From a candidate division FCPU426 bacterium (lineage in GTDB: Bacteria; Oederibacteriota; PGYV01; Palsa-1178), in the NCBI GenBank assembly GCA_963840035.1, contig CAWIXE010000001.1, positions 1,120,001 to 1,184,000 on the forward strand: a DNA stretch of 64,000 nt, given 5' to 3'. The position numbers and the translations under genes are program-made. Below the pieces are notes generated by a model. The model searched no databases, had not been told where the DNA came from, and saw only the letters and a program-made list of their open reading frames with translations. This document shows, piece by piece, positions 19,342 through 32,500 of this stretch; positions within the stretch are counted from its first letter, which is position 1; every line of letters starts with the position of its first letter.

Positions 19342-19721
19342 AACGCTCCTTATAAGTGTGCGTTTTTTTGCCTTATATATATAACAATTATAAAGCAAAA
19401 AACAGGGAAAGTAAAGGCTTTGCGGCACAAAGAAAAACTATTTATTCTGCCAATATAATAAAGGTAAAACATCCGGCTGTAAATTTTGAATTGTAAAAAA
19501 TGAAGTCATTAGAAACGCTGTTTTTCCCTTATTTATGACTTTTTTATTTTGTAGGTATTATCGACCACTTCCGCGTTTTTACCTATAAAAATTGATAAAA
19601 CTCATTTTATTTCCACAATGTGAAACCACAGCGGGTTGTGTATGATATTTATATTTTATACAACGGATAGTATAAAAAACCCTTTTAAATAAAGAAGAAA
19701 AACTGAAATGCTAACACTACC

Positions 19722-19762
19722 ATTATACTTACTTGACAATACTGTTGTCAACTGAGTATAAT
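19722..19762. promoter_or_regulatory. Palindromic bidirectional sigma70 promoter / candidate operator
   Basis: + strand TTGACA 19733-19738, N18, TATAAT 19757-19762; - strand TTGACA 19751-19746, N18, TATAAT 19727-19722. Confidence 0.72.
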
Positions 19763-19817
19763 TATATTACGTCTCTTTATGTGAGATTGCATATTTATAT
19801 TAAAATGGAGGTTTACC

Positions 19818-20093
19818 ATGACTAAAAAAGAATCGTTATTGCTTGAAAAAGTAAGCGTGGCTGACGCCGGCCAGGAAAAATCATTATTTACCATCAACGA
19901 TGTGGCCAAGATGCTCAATGTCCACCAGCAGACGCTGCGAAACTGGGAAAGGAAAAAGGTTGTCGTACCATTGCGCGCCGGAACACGGCGCATATACACG
20001 CCAGCCCACATTGAACTTTGCAGGAAAATAAAGGAATTTTCAGGCAAAGGCGTACCGCTCAAAGGCATTAAGGAAATAATAAATAACATATAA
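19818..20093 (+). CDS. MerR-family HTH regulator (DNA-binding domain only)
   Basis: FTINDVAKMLNVHQQTLRNWER..GTRRIYT; GGAGG RBS. Confidence 0.9.
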   Translation: MTKKESLLLEKVSVADAGQEKSLFTINDVAKMLNVHQQTLRNWERKKVVVPLRAGTRRIYTPAHIELCRKIKEFSGKGVPLKGIKEIINNI

Positions 20094-20111
20094 ATTATCC
20101 GGGAGGATTAA

Positions 20112-20471
20112 ATGAAAGTTAAGAAAAAGAAAATTGTTGTAAAGGCCGCGAAAAAAAAGGTAAAAAAGGCCGTGCCAACTGTGAAAGCTGATGCAAACAG
20201 GGAATTTGTCATTAAGAACTACATGGAAGACATAGTCAGGAGAAATGCCGCGGGACAGATATCGGAGAGGCCGGATATGTGCAAGTGCGTAAAGTGCAAC
20301 ATGGACGTTGTCGCGCTGGCGCTGAACCACCTTCCGTCAAAATATGTGGCGACACAGAAAGGCCATATATATACGAAGCTGCAGGAGATGGAGACGCAGT
20401 TTAACGCGGATGTCACCAGGGAAGTATATAAGGCGGTTGAATTCATACACGGGCATAAAAGGCACGAGTGA
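20112..20471 (+). CDS. comFB: ComFB-family protein
   Basis: KNYMEDIV..CKCVKCNMDVVALALNHLPSKYV..RH. Confidence 0.87.
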   Translation: MKVKKKKIVVKAAKKKVKKAVPTVKADANREFVIKNYMEDIVRRNAAGQISERPDMCKCVKCNMDVVALALNHLPSKYVATQKGHIYTKLQEMETQFNADVTREVYKAVEFIHGHKRHE

Positions 20472-20590
20472 GGCGTATTTTCAATTTACAATTTAGGGCT
20501 GTGACATAAGGCACAAATCGCGGGTGACGCAGGGCACGGATATGAGACACGGAAAAGGTTATTATATATAATAGAGGGAAAGGATATTGA

Positions 20591-23500
20591 ATGGCCGGAG
20601 AAAGAGGCAATAAAAAGCTGACCAGAGCGGGGAAAATGACGGGAATGGCGCATATTGTTATGTCCGCTATTTTCATTTGTACGGTATTTTTCACGCCCGC
20701 ATTTGCCTCGGATAAAGCCAAAGGACCTATAGTCGCATACGACACGGCCACAGGCGGCTTTATATACAAAGGCCTAAGGTCATCCATAAATAAAAAACAC
20801 ATTTCAAAATTGAAAAAGATAAGGCCGGGCAATGTGCCCTCAAGCCAGCGCGGGAGTGAAAAACCCGAGGAATTCTCCGCGGATGAGGCTACGGCGCTGG
20901 AACTCTCTGGCCGTACGGATATTTCATCATTAAAAAAAGCCAGGTCTTCCTCAAGGAAGCTGTCGGATAAAGTCATAAGGGTTGAGCTCAGCGGCAAGGT
21001 TGACGGCGCGTGGTACAGGCTCAGCGCCAGGATACCCGCCGGCATGAACGTGGAAAAGATAATCAGGGACGACGGCATAGAGATAAGAAATAATAACCTC
21101 GCCTCAAACGGGCTTTATTACGACGGGGCCGCCGCGTATATGGAAGGCGACACGCTATATTTTTACGACGACCCGATAAGCGGATACTCCGTGGTGCTTA
21201 CGCCCTCGCAGGGATACTACTCCATCATGGTTGAAATCCCGCCTGGCAATGCCGGAGCCACCTCGCCGTGCGGCCAGCAGTCGGCGCTGATTTACCCCTA
21301 TAACGGGGAGACAGCCCTGGCTTCAGGCGCGGTCCCCGCGTCATATAAGGACCATATGGGAAGGGCAAACGATAATTTCGCCAATGACATAGATAACGCG
21401 GCGGGGGCCAAAATAGGGTTCCGTTTTACCAACACCACCACATACCAGTACGGCAATCCCGGAGCCGGGGCGACAAGCCAGACATACAACGACAACATGT
21501 TTACCATGGTGGCGCCCGCCACTTATACGCACCTGGCCTTTACGCCATGGGGTGAACCGGAATCGGTAATAATAGAAAGGTTCAGGCAGACGGATGAAAC
21601 CGTAGACAGGATTAATTTTGAGTTTACCAAAAAGACAATCATAAGGGGAAATAAAAAATGGTACGGCACGATCTATTATTTCCGGAATAACAGCGCGGGA
21701 AAGAATGCTACAAACGTAAAGTTCTTTCAGGGCGCTGACATGAATTTTAACGGCTCCATAAACAATGATAATTGCGCGTATTTATCCGCAAGCGATATTG
21801 TTTACGGCTATAAGGGGACGCTGGAAGCGATTAATCCTTCCTATTCATACGCGGGTTTCAGCGCCTTCAGGCATTCTGATTTCCATGACGCAAATGACTA
21901 TATTCAGATGTGGACTGACATAAGAGGATTGTATGTGCCAAATGTGGACGACCTGCCCAATACGCCTGCAACCACGGGAGACGCCGGAATAGCGCTCCAG
22001 TGGAACATGGGTAATATGGACAGCGGAACTTCGCAGAGGCTTGAAGTGATATGGGGCTTTGGAAATACCTTAAACGGCAAGACTTATGAGGATATGGTTG
22101 ATGAGATAAATTACGGAAAGTCAAAACTCCATGACACCGGAATATCGGAAATATCCAGCCCTGCCGACGGAAGCAGCTACGTGAATACCGACGGTTCCGT
22201 AACGGTAAACGGAACGGTTGTCAACTACGGCATAACTGACTGGACCGGGCTTCCGGTTTATGTGCTTGTAAAAGATGAAGCGGGGACAATAGTCAACGCG
22301 GCTGACCCGAATTCCATATGCGCTTACGTGGATCTGGCGGTTCCGAGCCCGGAAAGCGCCGCTGTGAGCTACAATGTGGACCTCTCCACCCTGGCGCCGG
22401 GCAAGTATACAGTGACCATGTTAACTGACCTTTCTAAAGATTCGTATGTGCTGCCTAATATCGCGGCTGTACCTGACCAAAATACAGCAAATGACTCAAA
22501 GACAATTACCATATATGTGGAAGGGATAAAGGTAACCCCGGAGAACACCATAATTTCAGGCGCGGGGCTCGCGGCTGACAGGACCCTGACAATAGAAAAC
22601 AGGACGCTTGTCAATGACAGGTATAATATAAAACTGGCGCAGAGTTCGCTTGGCTGGCCGACATACCTTTTAAACTCAGCCGGAACCGTTACAATTGCTT
22701 ATGACTCAAACGGCGATGGAACATGGGACTATATTAACAGCACTTATAATAACGACAGCGATGCCTACCCGGACATTAACGTGACCAGCATGGGAACGAA
22801 TTCAATTATTTTAAGAAAGATGGTGCCCGCGGGCGCTTACCCGGGCCAGATGGATTCAACATACCTTACATTTACAGGCATAGGCAACCCGAAGATTATG
22901 GCGTCAGTAATAGAAAAGACAGCTGTTACGGCAAATATTGCAGCAACAAAAACATTGTGGCTTCACGGAACAGTGATGCCGCCCGTTACCTGGCCGCAGC
23001 CGGAGTTCACATACAGTCTAACCACCCTTACTGATACTGCGGGGACAGGGACTTCCACGCCCATTAACAGGTACACAAGCAGGTCGTGGGAATTATCACC
23101 GGCCCTTTACAGGGATTTAAGGCTTACGGGGGATGTGGTATTCAACGCGTATATCCAGAATGCTGTGGCTGTAAATGTCAAAGCAGTACTTTACTACACC
23201 AATGGTGTAAATGACACCAAAAGAATAGGGGAATTGCCTGTAAACCTGGCTATACACGCGGGAGCGACGCTCATTCCCATAACCATTCCGGTTGCCGCGC
23301 CTGTGACCATACCGGCGGGATACAGGCTGGTGGTTACGCTTTTTAATCTCGGGAACAATAACGCGACAGTAAATGTTTACCATAATCAGGTAATAACCCA
23401 GGCCTCTAATTTAAGACTGCCTGTGGATACTTACGTGAACGTCGACTGGATAAGAAGTTTTGAGGACGGCACGCTTACAAGAACAGCCTATACTTATGGC

Positions 23501-26500
23501 GACAACATAAGAATCTCAGCGCTTATCTCGGACATGTTCGGCTCATATGATATTGATGACATTACCGGAGCCCGCATAACCATCAGGGATAATAATAATA
23601 ATGTTTACGGAACGGCTGACTCATTCATGACGCATGAGTACACGGACACGTCAGCCGTTTCCGGGTATAAGACATTCATTTCAGACATAACCCTTCCTGC
23701 GTCAGGCGCGATAACGGGGACATGGACAGTTTCGGTAAGCGGATATGAGACAAACGGCGTAAGCCATACGAAAACATATACATTCATAGTATCAGCGCCC
23801 CATCATGTAAATATATATCCCGCGGACATAAGCTCACCGATATACGGGACAGTGACCATGACAGCGCAGGTCATGGATTCTTATGGTAATTCGCTGGCGT
23901 TCCCGCAGTGGATTACGCTGACGGCTAACGCCGGCACGAGCGCATCATTTAACTCGGTGCCTCCGGGCTGGGCAATTCTTGGGCTGTCAGCTTACGGGCC
24001 TGCAGATGCAAACGGTTCCGCCATTTTCTCAATAACGGACGGGGTGGCGCAGTCTGTCACCATAACCCCAGGTTTCTCAGGTTCTACAGGCGACGGAATA
24101 TCAAACGCGCATTTCCTGGCAGCGCATCATGCCGTGGCATCGGTATCAGGCGGCGTGGCGGTTACCGGCACCGCGGGCACAGGGGAGACTGTCAGGATAC
24201 AGCTTGTGGACATACTCGGAAACCCGGTGGCGTCACAGCAGAATATAACGGTCAGGCTAAGCAATAATGGCATTATAATGTCATCTTCAGTATTAGGCTG
24301 GGATTTGTTATGGGGAAATTTTGCGTCTGGTATGACAAACGCAAGCGGTTATGTGGACCTTGTTGTCATGGATAACATTGTTGAAACGTTAACAGTCATA
24401 CCGGATACCGGCGTGAACCACTCATTTGACCGGGGAATAGACCTGTATTTTGTGGCGCAGGGGCCAGACCATGTGGAACTTGTTGATCCGGATGGAGGCA
24501 CCTTAACAGCGGGCTGTCAAAAGTTAATAAATATACGCGTTGTTGACGCGGACGGATATGCTGTTTCTGGCGGGCCTTTTAATATAGTTGTATCAGCCCC
24601 GCCAAAAGCCGTATTTACATCCACAACGCTTGCCGGGGCAGTGGCCGGAACCGGGTCCATTTCAGGAGCAACAGATGCCAATGGATTTGCCACGGCTACG
24701 CTTCAGGATTTTTATGCCCAGGCAGTTACAATAACGGCTGCAAGCAGCCTGGTTGGTTCGGTTGCCAGTCCTTCAAGGGATAAACCTTTACGCCTCGAAT
24801 GGTTTGCGGGAGTTGGCGACCATGTGGTGGCAAAGGCTGACGAGGAGTATGTAAATATAGGAACAACGGTAATTGTAAGGATGCAGGTGGTGGACCTTTA
24901 CGGGAACAGCGTAAGCGTAAGCCAGGCTGTAAATGTATGGACCATTAACCCGGCGCAGTTTACGGCAACAACGCTTGGCGCGCCGCTCTCCGGAGTGGCC
25001 TCAAACAGCGTATCCGGGACTACTGATGCTAATGGTTACGCTACAATCGTCATATATAATGAGACAGCCCAGACAGATATAATAACGGCAACAGGCCCGG
25101 GATTGCAGGGGATGCCGGAGACCGGAAGGGTTGTTTATACAAGCAACCTGCCGACATTGACCTTTTCCCCTACGATATCAGCCACATATACCGTGACAGC
25201 TACAAATACGCCTACATTTACCATCACGCGTACCTGGACGGCGTCTCCTGTTTATACATTCACAGGGACACGTACTTTAATGCCTACAAAGACAATAACT
25301 CAGACGTGGACAAGTACGTACACAGTAACGAAAACCAGTACGGCAACGCAGACCGGGACGCAGACTGTAACTCAAACAGCTACACAGACAACCACTCAGA
25401 CTGCCACGCCGAGCATCTCGCCGACATTTTCAGCCACTGTATGCATAGCGTATAATACCAGCGGAGGCAATAATGCGGCAGCGGGGCCTGCTTTTAACGT
25501 AAACAATATAACCGTCGCGAATGTTGCCAACAGGATCATGGTCGTCGGGGTGTGGCATGATGTCGCGTCAACTGTCACATGTTCCTACGGCGGTGTTGGC
25601 ATGACGCTTTATGCGTCTATAAATAATGGCGCTGGTTCTTATATGAAGATATTTATCCTTAACAATCCTGCGGTCGGCACCGCGAATGTCACCGGCACAC
25701 TGGTTCCGAATGCCCGCTCGGCGGTTGCGGTGGGCGTATATAACGGAGTTTCAGGGATAGGCGCTACGGCAAGCGATACGGCGGATAGCGCTACGCCATA
25801 TTCCATTTTGTTAAATACTACAGAAGATAATTCTTATCATGTGAGTTTCCGCGGTGACAGGACAAACGCTGCTTATACTGCGGCGGGTTCGAATTTACGG
25901 CTAACACAAAACGGAAATAACCGCAGTATTGCCATGGCGGATCGGTATGTTGCGACGGCCCTGACAGCCAGCACTATTAATTTTGCCCAGGTTGGCGGAA
26001 ATAGCGCTTCTGTGGGCTATTCGCTGGAACTGCTGGCTGCCTGCAATCCTACGCATACCTACACGCCGACAGTCAGTCCGAGTTTTACACAGACGCATAC
26101 GGTCACGCCTACACCTACAGTATCGCAGACAGTGACGCAGACTGTTACTCAGACTTTAACACAGACAGTAACTCAGACCGGGACACAGACTGTAACGCAG
26201 ACAGCAACACAGACAGCAACACAGACAGTAACTAAGACAGTAACACAGACAGTAACACAGACAGCAACACAGACAGCAACACAGACAGCAACACAGACAG
26301 CAACACAGACAGTAACACAGACAGTAACTAAGACAGCAACACAGACAGCAACGCAGACAGCAACACAGACGGCAACACAGACAGTAACACAGACGGTTAC
26401 ACAGACAGTAACTAAGACAGTAACGCAGACAGCAACGCAGACTATAACACAGACAGTAACGCAGACAGCAACACAGACAGCAACGAAGACAGCAACACAG

Positions 26501-29500
26501 ACGGTCACGCAGACAGTAACTAAGACAGTAACGCAGACAGCAACACAGACAGTAACACAGACAGTAACGCAGACTGTGACGCAGACTGTGACGCAGACTG
26601 TGACGCAGACTGTGACGCAGACTGTGACGCAAACTGTCACGCAAACTGTCACGCAAACTGTCACGCAAACTGTCACGCAGACAGTGACGCAGACTGTGAC
26701 TCAAACTATAACGCAAACAGTAACACAGACAGTGACTCAGACAGTGACTCAGACGGCAACGCAGACCATAACACAGACAATAACGCAGACAGCAACACAG
26801 ACCATAACGCAGACAGTAACGCAGACAGCAACACAGACCATAACACAGACAGCAACGCAGACAGCAACACAGACAGCAACACAGACAGCAACACAGACGG
26901 TTACACAGACAGTAACGCAGACAGCAACGCAGACAGCAACACAGACAGCAACACAGACAGCAACACAGACAGCAACACAGACAGCAACACAGACAGCAAC
27001 ACAGACAGCAACACAGACCATAACACAGACAGTAACGCAGACCATAACACAGACAGTAACGCAGACAGTAACACAGACAGCAACGCAGACGGCAACGCAG
27101 ACAGCAACACAGACAGCAACACAGACAGCAACACAGACCATAACGCAGACCGATACACAAACAATCACACAGACGGCAACACAGACCATAACGCAGACCG
27201 ATACACAGACAATCACACAGACGGCAACTGAGACAATAACGCAGACCGATACACAAACAATCACGCAGACAGCAACGCAGACAGTAACGCAGACAGTAAC
27301 GCAGACAGCAACACAGACAGCAACGCAGACAGTAACACAGACCATAACACAGACAGTAACGCAGACGGCAACGCAGACCATAACACAGACAATAACGCAG
27401 ACAGCAACACAGACCATAACACAGACAGTAACGCAGACAGCAACACAGACCATAACACAGACAGTAACGCAGACAGCAACGCAGACCATAACACAGACAG
27501 TAACGCAGACCATAACACAGACAGTAACGCAGACAGCAACGCAGACAGCAACACAGACAGCAACGCAGACGGCAACACAGACCATAACACAGACAGCAAC
27601 GCAGACAGCAACGCAGACAGCAACGCAGACAGCAACGCAGACAGCAACGCAGACAGCAACGCAGACAGCAACACAGACGGCAACACAGACAGCAACGCAG
27701 ACAGCAACGCAGACAGCAACGCAGACAGCAACGCAGACAGCAACGCAGACAGCAACGCAGACAGCAACGCAGACAGCAACGCAGACGGCAACGCAGACGG
27801 CAACGCAGACGGCAACACAGACGGCAACGCAGACGGCAACGCAGACGGCAACACAGACGGCAACACAGACGGCAACACAGACGGCAACACAGACGGCAAC
27901 ACAGACGGCAACACAGACGGCAACACAGACGGCAACACAGACGGCAACACAGACGGCAACACAGACGGCAACACAGACGGCAACACAGACGGCAACACAG
28001 ACAATAACGCAGACCGATACACAAACAGCTACCCAGACGGCAACTGAGACGGCAACACAGACAGTAACGCAGACCGATACACAAACAGCAACGCAGACGG
28101 CAACACAGACAATAACGCAGACCGATACACAAACAGCTACCCAGACGGCAACTGAGACGGCAACACAGACAATAACGCAGACCGATACACAAACAGCAAC
28201 GCAGACGGCAACTGAGACGGCAACACAGACAGTAACGCAGACCGATACACAAACAGCAACGCAGACGGCAACACAGACAATAACGCAGACCGATACACAA
28301 ACAGCTACCCAGACGGCAACACAGACGGCAACTGAGACGGCAACACAGACAATAACGCAGACCGATACACAAACAGCAACGCAGACGGCAACTGAGACGG
28401 CAACACAGACAGTAACGCAGACCGATACACAAACAGCTACTCAGACAATAACACAGACTGTTACAGAGACCATTACACAAACAATTACACAAACAATTAC
28501 ACAGACAGTAACAGAGACAAATACACAGACTACAACTGAGACCATAACGGAAACGATTACCCGGACCCTGACGCAGACAGTAACTCAGACTATTACGGAA
28601 ACTGAGACTCAAACTATAACGCAGACTCAGACACAGACCATAACTGAAACAACCACCCGGACTATAACAGAAACTATTACGCCGACCTATACTGTTACGC
28701 GGACAATTACGCAGACAATCACTGAAACTGCCACGGCAACAATAACCCCGACAAACACTCCCATGCTGCCGCTTGATATTGGCAAAAGCGCGTCAGCAGC
28801 TAATCTCGACAGGGGAGAGACCATAACATATACGCTCAACTACCAGAACATGACAGGCCAGAACCTTAATAATGTTGTAATTTACGACACGGTTCCTGCG
28901 GACCTTACATATATAGACAGCTCGCCTGTTGCGGTTTTATCGTCGGGTGTTGTGGAATTTAACCTTGGAACAATCACTACAGGCTCATCCGGCGCTGTTT
29001 CATGGAGGGGTTATGTAAATGCGGGAACGGGCTACAGTACTGTAATTAATAATATAGCTGTAATAGATGACGACAGGCCGGGCGCGCCTGTCGTGGAGTC
29101 AAATAATGTGTCATTTACTGTGCTGCAAAATACTCCGACAATAACAGAAACATCAACGCCCACCGCGACACAGACTGTAACTGAAACAATGACGCAGACG
29201 GCGACGGAAACAGCCTCACAGACAGCAACGCAGACAGCAACGCAGACAGCAACGCAGACAGCAACGCAGACAGCAACGCAGACAGCAACGCAGACAGCAA
29301 CGCAGACAGCAACGCAGACAGCAACGCAGACAGCAACGCAGACAGCAACGCAGACAGCAACGCAGACAGCAACGCAGACAGCAACGCAGACAGCAACGCA
29401 GACAGCAACGCAGACAGCAACGCAGACAGCAACAGAGTCTATTACTGAGACCATCACGCAAACCATGACACAGACAGCCACGGAAACGGCCACGGAGTCT

Positions 29501-32500
29501 GTAACAGAAACAATAACGCAAACTGTTACACAGACTGCGACAGAAACAGCCACCGAGTCCGTAACAGAGACAATAACGCAGACTGAAACGCAAACGGCTA
29601 CTGAGTCTATTACAGAGACCATATCGCAAACCATTACACAGACAGTTACAGAAACGGCAACTGCGTCTGTAACAGAAACAACAACGCAGACCATGACGCA
29701 GACTGCAACTGAAACAGCCACCGAGTCTGTAACAGAGACAATAACGCAGACAGTAACGCAAACGGCTACAGAGTCTATTACTGAGACCATAACGCAGACC
29801 ACTACACAGACAGCTACAGAAACGGCAACTGAGTCTGTAACAGAAACAATAACACAGACCATTACGCAGACAGCGACAGAGACAGCAACTGAAACAGCCA
29901 CACAGACTGCGACTGAAACAGCCACACAGACTGCGACTGAGACAACCACACAGACTGCGACTGAGACAGCCACACAGACTGCAACAGAGACAGCGACAGA
30001 GACTGCGACAGAGACAGCGACAGAGACAGCGACAGAGACTGCGACAGAGACAGCCACAGAGACAGCGACTGAGACTGCCACACAGACTGCGACTGAAACA
30101 GCAACAGAGACAGCAACAGAGACAGCAACAGAGACAGCAACAGAGACAGCAACAGAGACAGCAACTGAGACAGCAACTGAGACAGCAACTGAGACAGCAA
30201 CTGAGACAGCAACTGAGACAGCCACACAGACTGCGACTGAGACAGCCACACAGACTGCGACTGAGACAGCAACAGAGACAGCAACTGAGACAGCAACTGA
30301 GACAGCAACTGAGACAGCAACTGAGACAGCAACTGAGACAGCAACTGAGACAGCAACTGAGACAGCAACTGAGACAGCCACAGAGACTGCGACTGAGACA
30401 GCCACACAGACTGCGACTGAGACAGCCACTGAGACAGCGACTGAGACTGCCACACAGACTGCAACTGAGACAGCCACAGAGACAGCGACTGAGACAGCGA
30501 CTGAGACAGCGACTGAGACAGCGACTGAGACAGCGACTGAGACAGCGACTGAGACAGCGACTGAGACAGCGACTGAAACAGTGACTGAAACAGCGACTGA
30601 AACAGCCACAGAGACTGTGACTGAGACCGCCACACAGACTGCGACTGAGACCGCAACTGAGACAGCAACTGAGACAGCGACTGAAACAGCCACAGAGACT
30701 GCGACTGAAACAGCGACTGAGACTGCCACACAGACTGCAACTGAGACTGCAACTGAGACTGCAACTGAGACTGCAACTGAGACTGCAACTGAGACTGCAA
30801 CTGAGACTGCAACTGAGACTGCAACTGAGACTGCGACTGAGACAGCCACACAGACTGCGACTGAGACAGCCACACAGACAGCAACTGAGACAGCAACTGA
30901 GACAGCAACTGAGACAGCAACTGAGACAGCAACTGAGACAGCAACTGAGACAGCAACTGAGACAGCAACTGAGACAGCAACTGAGACAGCAACTGAGACA
31001 GCAACTGAGACAGCGACTGAGACTGCGACTGAGACTGCGACTGAGACTGCGACTGAGACAACCACACAGACTGCGACTGAGACAGCCACACAGACTGCGA
31101 CTGAAACTGCCACAAAGACTGCGACAGAAACTGCCACAGAGACTGCGACAGAAACTGCCACAGAGACTGCGACAGAAACTGCCACAGAGACTGCGACAGA
31201 AACTGCCACAGAGACTGCGACAGAAACTGCCACAGAGACTGCGACAGAAACTGCCACAGAGACTGCGACAGAAACTGCCACAGAGACTGCGACAGAAACT
31301 GCCACAGAGACTGCGACAGAAACTGCCACAGAGACTGCGACAGAAACTGCCACAGAGACTGCGACAGAAACTGCCACAGAGACTGTGGATTTAACAACAA
31401 CACAGACTGTTACTGAAACCATCACGGAAACAATTACAAAAACAGCTACGGAGACAGTTTCTCAGACAGTGACAGAAACATTCACAGAGACTGCAACTGA
31501 AACCGCAACAGAAACAGTTACGATGACTGCAACTGAAAGTATTACACAGACGGTTTCTGAAACCGCAACGCAGAGCGTAACGGAAACTTCTACTGAGACA
31601 GCCACAGAGACCGTGACTCAAACAGCTACTGAAACCGTATCGCATACCGTCACACAAACAGCAACCCCGACACCGTCGTGGACCAATACGGACACTGCTA
31701 CTGATACTGCCACGCCAAGCGCCACCGGGACAGGTACATACAGCGCGACAGCAACATGGACTTATACATCAACTCCCACAATAACTGAAACGGCAACACA
31801 GACTATGACACAAACAGTTACCCAGACTAATACAGAGACTTTAACCGGAACGCCCACATGGACAATCACAGGCACTGTGTCATTTACAGCCACACCGACC
31901 TCAACGCGCACTGCCACAGGGACATATACCATGACACCGACATGGAGCGTATCGCCGACAGTCACAATTACTTCGACTCCTTATGGCCCCAACACCATAA
32001 GCATTACGATATTTGACTCAAGAGGGGAAACTGTAAGGGTGCTGCCGGATATGCGCAGCGATATTATTGCCGGCAGCCCGTATCTCTCGGCCAATCCTTT
32101 CAGGGTAAATGGCACAAACCTGCTCCTTATATCGGCCCAGAATGGAAGCAATATAGGCACATGGGACGGCAAAAATCTCGGAGGGTTGCCGGTAAATTCA
32201 GGGACATACTTTATAGAGATAAAGACAGTTGACGCGTCAGGGAATATATACACGGCAGAACTCACAGTGGATGTAATACTGGAAAATTCCTACGCGTATT
32301 CAAATTTCAACGCCAGGTACGGAAGCGATTATATAAGGATAATGGTTAGTATCACAAATGCCTCCCGTGTGAGCGTGAAGATATACAACATGTCCGCGGA
32401 ACTTATAAGGGGTTTTGACGGCGTAAATCCCGCGACCATAGATATTATTTGGAATAAAAAGACCACATCGGGCCAGCTGACAGCCCCCGGAGTTTATGTG

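Noticed and set aside
19342..19721. Riboswitch or ncRNA in the long AT-rich leader
   Set aside because: No recognisable conserved motif or strong stem by eye; an Rfam search would be needed.
20461..20474. Possible sigma54 promoter (GGCACG, GG-N10-GC) upstream of the giant gene
   Set aside because: The -12 box is AGGC rather than TTGC, and the site lies in the comFB coding end; too weak.
26120..29430. Ice-nucleation protein because of the TQTA motif
   Set aside because: Lacks the Gly/Tyr-containing 16-residue AGYGSTQTA-type periodicity; TxT alone is insufficient.
26156..31425. Long Cys-rich, Val/Ala/Ser-rich and Leu/Ser/Gln-rich ORFs on the minus strand (up to 818 aa)
   Set aside because: Shadows of the 12-bp coding repeat, which lacks stops in those frames; they begin and end with the repeat tracts.
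26120..31660. Tandem repeats as a CRISPR array
   Set aside because: No unique spacers, the units are in-frame codons, and no cas genes are present.
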